This document shows, one piece after another, positions 8,069 to 17,059 of a stretch of 53,496 nt of DNA (positions within the stretch are counted from its first letter, which is position 1; the number at the start of each line of letters is the position of its first letter). The notes beneath the pieces are model-generated. The model was not told the origin of the DNA and made no database searches. It saw nothing but the letters and a program-made list of their open reading frames with translations. This DNA comes from Methanobacteriota archaeon. GTDB taxonomy: Archaea; Methanobacteriota_B; Thermococci; Methanofastidiosales; B48-G16. A program made the translations under genes and the position numbers. Location: contig JAYEIH010000068.1 of assembly GCA_034659995.1 (NCBI GenBank), forward strand, positions 1 through 53,496, in the 5' to 3' direction.

Positions 8069-8687
8069 AGAGGAAAAATGCATGGTCCTTTTCGTAGGGT
8101 TCCAGTCTTAGCGACTCAAGGATCTCGAAATGCTCCTCAAGTTTTTTTCTTTCCCCTTTGAAGATTTTTTTTGGTGAGGCCGTTACGTCAATACTCCTGG
8201 CCTTGACGCAAAACGCACCATAGCCCCTGAAAAATATAGAGTTTTTGATCAGGATCTCCGTCTGATTGGGCTGTGCTATATCTTGGTAGAGAAAATCCAC
8301 CCTTTCCAGTAAATGGGCATAGTTTTCGGGACGGTTTGCATCCTCAAGGAGAGGAAACATATTCTTTCTTTTTTCACAGAGCCCTACGAGCTTCCGCATC
8401 GGCCTTGGCGAGAACTCCACGCAGTATATCCTCCCGTTTTCTGCGATATCGGAGATATGAGATGGCGTCGTTCCTGAGGCCGCTCCGAGGTACAGAACTT
8501 TGGAATCCTTTTTAAGTGGTACTCTCTCAAGACCTTTTAACAGTGCGGCAGCGAGCTTCGATCTGTGGGGATCCCAGTACCGATACTCTACACCCTCAAC
8601 TTTTATCAGCTTTTCATTGTATACCGCTTCTCCCGGGACGAGGTTTTTAGTATATAATCTGTCCTCTTTTTTTATGATATTTTCCAT
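8058..8687 (-). CDS. flpA: fibrillarin-like rRNA/tRNA 2-prime-O-methyltransferase
   Basis: VLYLGAASGTTPSHISD is the SAM motif. Start ATG 8687 is preceded by AGGAGGT; the longest ORF extends to 8756. It follows nop5. Confidence 0.9.
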   Translation of the reverse strand: MENIIKKEDRLYTKNLVPGEAVYNEKLIKVEGVEYRYWDPHRSKLAAALLKGLERVPLKKDSKVLYLGAASGTTPSHISDIAENGRIYCVEFSPRPMRKLVGLCEKRKNMFPLLEDANRPENYAHLLERVDFLYQDIAQPNQTEILIKNSIFFRGYGAFCVKARSIDVTASPKKIFKGERKKLEEHFEILESLRLEPYEKDHAFFLFKR

Positions 8688-8691
8688 TGTA

Positions 8692-9648
8692 TTACCTCCT
8701 CTTTTTCCGTATGCTTGCGAGCCGTTTCTCAAACTTCTCTGCAATGCTTTCGTCAAACTTGCCGGAGTAGAAGTCGAGTTTTGCGGCTATTGCTATCTTT
8801 GAAGCGAGGCTCCGTGCTATCTTGCCCCTCTGCCATTCTGGCGCGTTGTGTATTCTTGGGTCCTGAAAGATAATCCCGTGTTTTGGTGGTTTTGTACCCT
8901 TTCGCAGATGTCTGAACAGTGCGGACTCCGCGCCGAGCAGCTGTACCGTAGAGGCGGGAAGTCTTGCAAGTCCCTTTAGGCTCCCGGCCAGGGAGATAAG
9001 CTTTGCCGCGAGAACGGGACTTATAAGGTTTGACATATTTGGCGCAAATGTTTCCATGCTCTCTTCTACGTATGCCGCAAGTTCCTCTCTCATATTGTAC
9101 ATCCTCTCGAGCTCCTCGGCAAAGATTTTCATTGCTTCGAGATCTCTTTTTTCCATATCGGCTCCCATACTTTTTTCCTTCCGTTTTTCTCCCTTTACCA
9201 TCTCTATGAACGCGATAGGATCCTCCACGCTGTCAGATATCTCCGGGGAATAAAGACCGTACCACTCTCTCAGTCTCTCGGAAAAGTAGTTCAGGCTTTC
9301 ATCCACCTGTTCAAGCGCCTCAACACTTCGAATTGCCAGATTATCCTTATGTTCAGATGCCTTTTTGATTTTTTTCTTTGTACGTTCAATGTAGTACTCA
9401 TTGTCCATTTCCATAATGGAATCAAGGTTACTCCGCAGGTATGCTCCACCTTCATTTGGAAACTCGTACTCCGCATTTAGTTTTTTGGCCATCTCTTTGT
9501 TCTCAAGAACCGCATCGGGATGCTTTTTATATAGTTTTTTTATATTTCTCTCTGGTTTATGCGGATTTTTAAAGAATTTTCGGCCTATGATTTCCCCATT
9601 TTTTATTATGAATACTCCAAACGCATTAAAAACAAGATATTTTTTCAT
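8692..9648 (-). CDS. nop5: Nop56/58 (Nop5) C/D box sRNP protein
   Basis: Contains a NOSIC/Nop domain (LLGAESALFRHLRKGTKPPKHGIIFQ). Start ATG 9648 has an AAGGAG SD and an ATGA overlap with the rpiA stop; the longest ORF extends to 9690. Confidence 0.9.
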   Translation of the reverse strand: MKKYLVFNAFGVFIIKNGEIIGRKFFKNPHKPERNIKKLYKKHPDAVLENKEMAKKLNAEYEFPNEGGAYLRSNLDSIMEMDNEYYIERTKKKIKKASEHKDNLAIRSVEALEQVDESLNYFSERLREWYGLYSPEISDSVEDPIAFIEMVKGEKRKEKSMGADMEKRDLEAMKIFAEELERMYNMREELAAYVEESMETFAPNMSNLISPVLAAKLISLAGSLKGLARLPASTVQLLGAESALFRHLRKGTKPPKHGIIFQDPRIHNAPEWQRGKIARSLASKIAIAAKLDFYSGKFDESIAEKFEKRLASIRKKRR

Positions 9649-10298
9649 AACTCCTTCACTCCTTTTTTCGTACCCATTAAAACGGTGCATTTCTTTGTGA
9701 AAATGCCATTTTCTATGACACCGGGGATGGTATTAAGCTCTTTTTCTTTTTTCTCCGGATCTTTTACGGTAAATCCAAGGTCAATAATGAAATTTCCATT
9801 ATCCGTGATTGCAGGACCGTCTTTCTTTTCTGCCATCCGCAACTCAGGATTCAGATCTTTTAACTCCACATAAACCGTTTTCCATGCAGTGGGAAGTATC
9901 TCGATGGGAATTTTAGCCCTTTCTCCAAGATTTTTTACGAGTTTACCCTCATCTATGAGCACATAAAACTTATCTGCAGCATAGTCTATGATTTTTTCCT
10001 GGAGCAGTGCTGCACCTCTTCCCTTTACAAGGAAATTATGGGGATCTACCTCATCCGCCCCGTCAAAGGCCTTTTTGGGCGCGTACTCTTCTAAACTCAC
10101 CATACGTATCTTATTTTCAGTTCCCGCCATTTTTGCCTGAAATGAGGTGGGAATCCCATATACCGTCAGTTCCTCCTTTTTTATTCTATTACCGAGAGCC
10201 TTTACAAACTCGAGGGTTGTGGAGCCGGTACCCAGGCCTATCAGATCGCCATCGTTCACAAGCTCAGCGGCATATTTCCCTACCATTTTTTTCAACAT
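9645..10298 (-). CDS. rpiA: ribose-5-phosphate isomerase A
   Basis: 217 aa. The LIGLGTGSTT motif is present. Confidence 0.9.
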   Translation of the reverse strand: MLKKMVGKYAAELVNDGDLIGLGTGSTTLEFVKALGNRIKKEELTVYGIPTSFQAKMAGTENKIRMVSLEEYAPKKAFDGADEVDPHNFLVKGRGAALLQEKIIDYAADKFYVLIDEGKLVKNLGERAKIPIEILPTAWKTVYVELKDLNPELRMAEKKDGPAITDNGNFIIDLGFTVKDPEKKEKELNTIPGVIENGIFTKKCTVLMGTKKGVKEL

Positions 10299-10328
10299 AT
10301 TATCCCTTGCGCTGCTATTTTTATATGG

Positions 10329-10901
10329 TTATGGTTTTCTCGAGGCCTCGCCGCGGACAATACCCGTGGCCACCATATGGGCAACTCTCACCGGCTCCGG
10401 AAGCGAGGAGTGGGTTGCGGACATTCTTATCAGCTTTTCAGCCTCCGCCCTCTCCAATCCATAGAACTGGTAGTACAGCTCCTTATCATCTTTCATCTCT
10501 ACTTTGTATATCTTCCCTGCTTTAGCGATCATTTTCTCTCGTCTTTCCGAGTGATCAAGATGTGTCAATGCCTTTTTAATAGAGTCTATATCGGGCATTC
10601 GTCGGATAACAATAACACACGGTAATCCTGTTTTCCTGGATATTTGTTGGATATCAATGGTATTAAATCCTCCGAAAGTGACGCCGTCGAACATGATCAC
10701 TCGCAGGTCCTGATGTTTTGTCGTTTTGACCATCTCGATGATTTTTTCCGTGGCGTCGAGGCCGTCCTTCTTTATATGTGTCGATAATACGCCGTCTATC
10801 CAGAATCCCCCCCGAAAGACGATGCCTACGACTAAAACATTCTCACCAACTATGGAACCATCATCTACCCCCAGGATGCGAATCTCCGGTTTTATTCTCA
10901 T
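10329..10901 (-). CDS. UPF0215/DUF99 family protein (endonuclease V-like fold)
   Basis: 190 aa. N-terminus is IRILGVDDGS. It is the first gene of the rpiA-nop5-flpA string. Confidence 0.7.
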   Translation of the reverse strand: MRIKPEIRILGVDDGSIVGENVLVVGIVFRGGFWIDGVLSTHIKKDGLDATEKIIEMVKTTKHQDLRVIMFDGVTFGGFNTIDIQQISRKTGLPCVIVIRRMPDIDSIKKALTHLDHSERREKMIAKAGKIYKVEMKDDKELYYQFYGLERAEAEKLIRMSATHSSLPEPVRVAHMVATGIVRGEASRKP

Positions 10902-11231
10902 TACTTGTTATAAAGAGGAGAGCTATAAAATGGTTGTGGGCTGAATATCATACAGCGTTATGGCAATAGTTCCTCTATTATTGCGAGCGCCTGAAGATCT
11001 CGATGTGGTGAAGTACGTTGGAAAGAGGATCCAGAGCTGGGTGGGAGGGTAAGTATCGCTCTGGAGCCTCCAAGATGATACTAGTATATATGTTTGCAAA
11101 TGTTTTCAGGAGAGAAGTCTATGAATATTCCTCTCTATCTTTTTCTAGTTCTTCCTTTACCATTTTAGGCATTAAAGGCTTAAACCATGCCATGTTTACC
11201 AGCAAACCTAACCGAAAATCCCAACCCCCTC

Positions 11232-11579
11232 TTATTTCTTCTCTTCTTTTTTAATAAGATTCCTCAGTTCAGTTTTCAAAGAAGGGATATCCCTTTCAAC
11301 TGTATCCCAGACGGCATCTATGTCCACACCCAAATAATTATGTATTAGCTTGTCTCTCATTCCTGTCATGTCTCTCCAGGGTATTTCAGGATGTCTTTTT
11401 CTAATCTCCTTGGATAATCTCTTTGTAGCCTCACCTATTATCTCTATCTGCCTTATTACTCCGTCTTGTATAAGATTATCTTCCATGAACTCTTTGTATT
11501 TTATACCCTGAGTGTACTCTTCTATTTTTGTTATAGCATCTAAGATGTGCCTTAAATATACGGAATCATCTTTTTTCAT
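11232..11579 (-). CDS. hepT: HepT-like (DUF86) ribonuclease toxin
   Basis: 115 aa. The RX4HXY motif appears as RDKLIHNY. Confidence 0.85.
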   Translation of the reverse strand: MKKDDSVYLRHILDAITKIEEYTQGIKYKEFMEDNLIQDGVIRQIEIIGEATKRLSKEIRKRHPEIPWRDMTGMRDKLIHNYLGVDIDAVWDTVERDIPSLKTELRNLIKKEEKK

Positions 11580-11863
11580 CCGTAAATTACCTCCATTTCC
11601 TTTTTTATCGTATCAACCAAGTACGGACTAATAGATTTTTCCGTCAGCAAATCCACTCTTATTCCCAAGGTTTCAGACAGTTCCCTTTCTATTCTCACAA
11701 GCTCAAGGAGGCTTTTTCTTTCTGAAAATTCCACGATAATATCTATATCGCTTCCCGGTTTTTCTTCTGACCTCACATAAGAACCAAATACAGATACTTT
11801 TTTTGCCCCCCGATTTTTGAGTAGCCGAGCAATTTTTTCAAAAATTTCTTCTCTATTTATCAT
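11576..11863 (-). CDS. mntA: MNT minimal nucleotidyltransferase antitoxin
   Basis: 95 aa. The motif is GSYVRSEEKPGSDIDIIV. It overlaps hepT by 4 nt. Confidence 0.85.
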   Translation of the reverse strand: MINREEIFEKIARLLKNRGAKKVSVFGSYVRSEEKPGSDIDIIVEFSERKSLLELVRIERELSETLGIRVDLLTEKSISPYLVDTIKKEMEVIYG

Positions 11864-11943
11864 TTTTACCTCTTAGCCTGGAGTTTTATACAATTTTTTG
11901 ATTTTCATCTCTATTTCCCTACTCTCTATAGATTCTGATCTTA

Positions 11944-12198
11944 TCAGAACATCCCGAGGATTGTCGGTATCACCCGGAGTAGGACATAGAATAAAAAGAC
12001 GATTATCAGGATATCAAGGACCTTTTTTGTAAAGTCGAAGCCCGCTTTGAGAATAATCAGGAGAATAAGCACGCCCAGCGGCCCCACGGCATCGGGGGGC
12101 ACCATGCCCGCAGTGGCATCTGAAATAGCCCCGGCTATTAACTTTGCCATATCTATCATCATCTCCACAATAGTAAGGATCAGCTCTGTGATTTCCAT
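11944..12198 (-). CDS. hypothetical small membrane protein
   Basis: 84 aa with two or three hydrophobic helices. No family recognised. Confidence 0.45.
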   Translation of the reverse strand: MEITELILTIVEMMIDMAKLIAGAISDATAGMVPPDAVGPLGVLILLIILKAGFDFTKKVLDILIIVFLFYVLLRVIPTILGMF

Positions 12199-12234
12199 AC
12201 TCTCACCTTCTGCGTTCGGTATTTAAACCTTTTG

Positions 12235-12924
12235 TCATAACTCTATCAGCACCTTGAGATTTTCATCTTTAATCATCCTCAGGCCTTCCTTTTTCACGGC
12301 AATAATGACAAAGATACCGCACACCCTTGCTCCGCTCCTTTTTACCAGATTTATGAGAGCTCGCTGTGTTTCACCACTTCGTATAACGTCGTCCACTATC
12401 AGAACATCCTCTCTCCTTCGAATTGCATTCTTCGGAAGGTACAACGAGATTATATTACCCGATGAAGAGGGGATATACGACTCCTCAAGGAACTTTTTTA
12501 CACCCACCTCCTTTTTTTGTTTTGCAAACACCATATTCACGTTGTATGCGTCGGCTATTTTTCCTGCCAAAGGTATACCATCGATAGCGGAGGTAAAAAC
12601 CTTATCCACTCCTTCAAAGAGCATCGTGCAGTACCGCGCAACCCTTCTTAGAAGAAAGGTGTTATAGAGGAGTCTTGTATTGTCGAAGTACTCTCCGTTG
12701 AAGACGAGATGTCCTCTGACCTCCTCTTTCAGGTCAAAATCTTCATTGTACGACCTTAAAAAAAGCTTCATTTTTTCATTTCCCGGCAGATTTCGCCCGG
12801 ATATATATCGATTTAACACAGTGATGGGAAGCCCAAACTTCTCCGAGATCTCCCTGTAGGTATGGTCCTCTTTTAGGTACCTGAGATACTCCACGGCCTG
12901 CAGCTTTTTCTCAAGGTTCTTCAT
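12235..12924 (-). CDS. HTH + phosphoribosyltransferase-domain protein (PyrE-like/GfcR-type putative regulator)
   Basis: N-terminal HTH is TYREISEKFGLPITVLNRYISG. The PRPP loop is VLIVDDVIRSGET. Confidence 0.65.
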   Translation of the reverse strand: MKNLEKKLQAVEYLRYLKEDHTYREISEKFGLPITVLNRYISGRNLPGNEKMKLFLRSYNEDFDLKEEVRGHLVFNGEYFDNTRLLYNTFLLRRVARYCTMLFEGVDKVFTSAIDGIPLAGKIADAYNVNMVFAKQKKEVGVKKFLEESYIPSSSGNIISLYLPKNAIRRREDVLIVDDVIRSGETQRALINLVKRSGARVCGIFVIIAVKKEGLRMIKDENLKVLIEL

Positions 12925-12964
12925 ATCTTATCTACAGAGCGTATATTTATAAATCTTGTATATT

Positions 12965-14083
12965 TCATGCACCTTTTCTCTGACGCATCAGCCACAGAGA
13001 GAGCAGAAACCAGTTTGAGGGGTCTTCCTCCTTAGTTTCCATAATGTAGGCAAATGTGTTCTTGAGCTTCCTCCTGTCTTTTTCCATTCCCCGCTCTGTG
13101 AGCAGAGATGCAGCGAGAAGAAAGGAGTGTTCTCCGTAGTAATTCGTGTAATCAGAGGATACCACATAATCTCGCTTATTTGTTTCTTCATATCGTTTGT
13201 AATCAAATTTCAGGCCTTCGGGACTGCCTATGACCCTTCCTTCTGAGAGAGCGGCCTCATAGTTTTCTTTATAAGCGAGAATATCATAGACGCTGCCGCC
13301 GTTCCACAGAGTTTCAAACCATTTTTGAGCCTCTATAAGACTTTCTTTATACCTTTCGTTCTCTGTATTTTTGTAGCACTGCCATAATCCGAGCATTGCC
13401 ATTACTGCATACCATGAGGACTGGTCCCGTCGTATCGGTATCCGGGTGTATCCGTCATACCACCCTCCGTTTTTTAGCTGCATCTTCCACAGCGCATCCC
13501 CGAGTTCCTCTGCATACTCACGATACTTTTTATCATAAGGGACCAGTGCCGCAATGCCAAGCGCCATAATTCCGAGGTCATTGGGGCTTGTCCAGTAGTA
13601 GCACTCCAGACTGCTCTGCGGTTTCCCTCCATGCCGTGCATTCTTCGATATCTCGGTAATCTTTATCTTGTTTATCTCTTTCCAATCTTCTATCTCGTTT
13701 ATCAAGAACTTCCCTCCTTTTAAAGCTGCTTTTTTGTATTTTTCCATATCTGTCCGTTTGTACCCCTCTATCAGCGAGAAAACGCAGAGTCCTGTACATA
13801 GTTTTGCATTGATATTATCGTTTATCTCCCCGTTCTCTTTCTGTACCTCAACAAGCCTGTCGAAAATCTTCTCGCTCCTTTCTATATCAAACTCCGTGAG
13901 GAATATGGCTGTGTATCCCATTTTAATAACAGAGAGATCACTCAGATCCTTTTCTTTTACGTGTCCATACTCTTGGATGCCCTGGTTCTCAATCCGTTCC
14001 TCCACTGTAATAAATGAAAACTGGCTCAGAAGTAAGAGAATGATGATAAGGAACGACCATACCCAGATGAGCTTTTTGTCCAT
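12965..14083 (-). CDS. membrane-anchored protein with prenyltransferase/terpene-cyclase-like repeats (tentative)
   Basis: The TM anchor is LIWVWSFLIIILLLL. It has repeated LKNGGWYDGY / QKENGEI type motifs. ATG 14083 is favoured as start over TTG 14149. Confidence 0.4.
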   Translation of the reverse strand: MDKKLIWVWSFLIIILLLLSQFSFITVEERIENQGIQEYGHVKEKDLSDLSVIKMGYTAIFLTEFDIERSEKIFDRLVEVQKENGEINDNINAKLCTGLCVFSLIEGYKRTDMEKYKKAALKGGKFLINEIEDWKEINKIKITEISKNARHGGKPQSSLECYYWTSPNDLGIMALGIAALVPYDKKYREYAEELGDALWKMQLKNGGWYDGYTRIPIRRDQSSWYAVMAMLGLWQCYKNTENERYKESLIEAQKWFETLWNGGSVYDILAYKENYEAALSEGRVIGSPEGLKFDYKRYEETNKRDYVVSSDYTNYYGEHSFLLAASLLTERGMEKDRRKLKNTFAYIMETKEEDPSNWFLLSLWLMRQRKGA

Positions 14084-14266
14084 ACAAAAAAAATCACACC
14101 CTGGATTATAAAGTTTTCTTTTTATATTTTTGCCAAAACTCACACCCAAAGAAATAGCAAAGTTTATATATTGTTATCTAAAGAAGTTATGGATAAAATT
14201 CATGAGAGAAAAAATTTTATGGACAAGGGCTTTAAAGAACAGGTACATATCTAACGGTGATCAAAA

Positions 14267-14986
14267 ATGAGTAACGCTGTGGAAATTATCGGACTCGTGA
14301 AGGAGTTTGGAGATATACGAGCTGTCAATGGCGCTTCATTTGTTATACCAAAAGGTAGAATATTTGGACTGATCGGACCGAACGGCGCCGGCAAAACAAC
14401 GGCACTGAGAATAATATCAACACTCTTACAGCTCACCTCAGGCAAGGTCACGGTATTCGGGCATGATGTAGCGGAGGAGGCCTCGGAGGTACGAAAACTG
14501 ATAAGCTACCTCCCTGAGGATGCCGGAGCCTATAAGAACCTTACAGGAAGGCGATACCTGCATTTTATCGCAGAATTCTTTGGAGACGGAGAGGAAATAA
14601 ATGAGATAGTGCAAAGAGGAGTAAAAATTGCGGATCTCGAAGAAAGAATTGATGATAAGGTGGATACATACAGTAAAGGAATGATGCGGAGACTTTTGGT
14701 TGGGAGAGCCTTAATGATTGATCCGAAACTTGCCATACTCGATGAGCCCACCTCGGGTCTGGACGTGATAAATGCCCAGGAGATAAGGAAGATTATAAAA
14801 AACTCGACAAAAAGAGGAAGTTCAGTTCTGTTATCCTCCCATAATATGCTGGAGGTGGAGTTTCTCTGCGATACCATTGCACTTATAAATGAGGGAAAAA
14901 TAGTGGAACAGGGAGATCCTGTCGAGCTGAAGGAAAAGTATAATGCAGACAATATTGAAGAAGTCTTCACGGGAGTGATACAATGA
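14267..14986 (+). CDS. ABC-2 type transporter ATP-binding protein
   Basis: Walker A is GPNGAGKTT, the signature is YSKGMMRRL, and Walker B is LAILDEPTSGLD. Confidence 0.9.
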   Translation: MSNAVEIIGLVKEFGDIRAVNGASFVIPKGRIFGLIGPNGAGKTTALRIISTLLQLTSGKVTVFGHDVAEEASEVRKLISYLPEDAGAYKNLTGRRYLHFIAEFFGDGEEINEIVQRGVKIADLEERIDDKVDTYSKGMMRRLLVGRALMIDPKLAILDEPTSGLDVINAQEIRKIIKNSTKRGSSVLLSSHNMLEVEFLCDTIALINEGKIVEQGDPVELKEKYNADNIEEVFTGVIQ

Positions 14987-16245
14987 GAGGTCTAAAGACA
15001 ATCATACTTAAGGAGATAAAGGAGCTCCTCACCCCTGCCACATTTCTTCCCATAATTGTCATGGCTCTTGTATTTGGGGCCATGGGGAATATGATGGAGG
15101 GTATTGGGGAAGAGCTGGAAGAAAAGCCCGTAATAGGAATTATAAATGAGGACAGCGGCGATCTCTCTCAAATTACTCTTGATGTTTTTAATAAACATGC
15201 AGATATTATTTACAGAGGAGAAAACCTAAACAACGGGCTTGAGAAAGTAAAGAAAGAGGATGGTACGGCTCTCTTAGTGATACCAGAGGGTTTCAGTGAG
15301 AGCATTCATGCGAACAAAAAGGGAAACTTAGAAATATACTGGGTAATGAAGGGTGCCGGGCTTATGGACTCAATATCTTCTGAGGTAGTTGGAGGAGTGA
15401 TCGGGCATGCGGAACAGGAGATATCAAGGAGTCTCATAAAGGACGGCGAGAACCCGGATGTAATTCTAAACCCCACAACCCGCACACAGACTACTATTTT
15501 TAAGGACAAGGAGATGAAAAATATCTCACCGATTACTGTAAGCAGTGTTCTCTCCTCACGATTCTCGATGGTACCGATAGTTATAATGATGATTATAATG
15601 ATGGTCGGCGGCACCGTGATCTCCTCCATGGGGATGGAAAAGGAGAACAAGACACTGGAGACACTGCTCACGCTCCCCGTACGGCGGAGCTATATCGTTC
15701 TCGGAAAGATTGTAGGATGTGCATCCGTTGGACTTTTAATGGCTATCATCTATATGGTAGGACTTGGGTACTATATGACCTCGTTTGGCGCATCTTCCCA
15801 GATTGATCTGGCGAAGTACGGACTGACGCTGGGGATAACGGATTATTTTCTGATCGGTGTCTGCGTGTTCTTTACACTTCTTGCCGCGCTTTCCCTCTCA
15901 ATGATCCTCGGCACATTTGCTAAAAACTACAAAGGCGCACAGATGCTCAACCTCCCGGTCGTTGCCCTTGCCATGGTACCAATGTTTGTGACGATGATGA
16001 AGGACTTTAGCACAATGCCGACAGTACTGAAAGCCGTTATATTTGTCATACCTTTTTCCCATTCCATGATGGCAATGAGATCCCTTCTCTTTGATAACTA
16101 TGCCCTTGTTCTAAGCGGTATAGCCTATGTGCTGGTTCTTTCGGGAGTACTTATTTGGGTTCTTGTAAAGATCTTTAGTACCGAGAAGGTGCTCACTGCG
16201 GAGCTTTCCCTCTCAAAGATCAAGGAAAAGATGTTCAGACGATAA
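14983..16245 (+). CDS. ABC-2 family permease (NatB-like)
   Basis: 420 aa, with a large loop after TM1 followed by a C-terminal TM bundle. An ATGA overlap joins it to the ATPase gene. Confidence 0.8.
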   Translation: MRGLKTIILKEIKELLTPATFLPIIVMALVFGAMGNMMEGIGEELEEKPVIGIINEDSGDLSQITLDVFNKHADIIYRGENLNNGLEKVKKEDGTALLVIPEGFSESIHANKKGNLEIYWVMKGAGLMDSISSEVVGGVIGHAEQEISRSLIKDGENPDVILNPTTRTQTTIFKDKEMKNISPITVSSVLSSRFSMVPIVIMMIIMMVGGTVISSMGMEKENKTLETLLTLPVRRSYIVLGKIVGCASVGLLMAIIYMVGLGYYMTSFGASSQIDLAKYGLTLGITDYFLIGVCVFFTLLAALSLSMILGTFAKNYKGAQMLNLPVVALAMVPMFVTMMKDFSTMPTVLKAVIFVIPFSHSMMAMRSLLFDNYALVLSGIAYVLVLSGVLIWVLVKIFSTEKVLTAELSLSKIKEKMFRR

Positions 16246-16246
16246 G

Positions 16247-16660
16247 ATGATAACTCTCAGAGCCCGAGGGCACCCAAATATACGAGCAACCCATGAAACA
16301 ACTATAGAGATCACAAAGGATCCTCATCTTACAGAACAGGGCGACTGTATTGTAGGCGTAAGTGCGGATAAAGGCCTGCGAGACCTAAAGGCTTTTCTGG
16401 ACAAAAACAAGAAAAAAAAGATAAAGGTGGATTTTATCGTAGGGGGCCGCACTGAAAGGGTCACAGGTTATCTCGATCCCCGACTAACCTTTTCGGATGA
16501 GACGGATATAGTGATACGGAAGAGTTCGTATATCTGTGATAGAACCTTGATGATACATGCAGATAAATCTGCTGCGGAGATAGATAGGGAAATAGTAGAA
16601 AAGCTACGGAAAGGACGAGAGCTGCTCGTTCGCATCTCTCTCTGTCACTTCTCTCTGTAA
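16247..16660 (+). CDS. DUF371 family protein
   Basis: N-terminus is ITLRARGHPNIRATHETTIEITKDPHLTEQGDCIVGV. Confidence 0.65.
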   Translation: MITLRARGHPNIRATHETTIEITKDPHLTEQGDCIVGVSADKGLRDLKAFLDKNKKKKIKVDFIVGGRTERVTGYLDPRLTFSDETDIVIRKSSYICDRTLMIHADKSAAEIDREIVEKLRKGRELLVRISLCHFSL

Positions 16661-17055
16661 ACCTTTATATTGGCGGGCGTTACGAGAATCCGTGAGTCTC
16701 CTACGCCCACGATATCTCCGCCAATGCCCTTACAGATTCCTTTTACCTGTTCCACAAGTCTTCTCAGCTCACCGGGATCTTTTTCGGCTATGGGGGTTAC
16801 GTTTCCGAGGACTATATTCCCATCATTGAGTTCCTTTGTGATCTTCTGGATGTCTGACTCATTCCGTATCGTCATAGGCTTTACGTATGTGGCGCCAAAC
16901 TCCAGAAAGCCCTCTCTTTTGAGGATATCCTCCTCGTACTCTATACCTTCTACCCCTTTTAGGTTTCCGCTTCTTTCTCTCTTTTCTTCCTCTTTTTTTT
17001 CTTTTTTCACTTTTTTTAGCTTCCTATCACCAAAAATCTCTTTTAATCTTGGCAT
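16645..17055 (-). CDS. sepF: archaeal SepF-like cell division protein (DUF552)
   Basis: It has an N-terminal amphipathic MPRLKEIFG, a Lys/Glu linker and a C-terminal SepF core (IVLGNV...GDIVGVGDSRILVTPANI). Confidence 0.75.
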   Translation of the reverse strand: MPRLKEIFGDRKLKKVKKEKKEEEKRERSGNLKGVEGIEYEEDILKREGFLEFGATYVKPMTIRNESDIQKITKELNDGNIVLGNVTPIAEKDPGELRRLVEQVKGICKGIGGDIVGVGDSRILVTPANIKVYREK

Positions 17056-17059
17056 AAAC

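Noticed and set aside
10981-11085. Possible C/D box sRNA or structured RNA (ATGATA / CTGA-like words and a 7-bp stem at 11031-11064)
   Set aside because: The box sequences do not match the RUGAUGA/CUGA consensus with proper spacing, and there is only a single weak stem.
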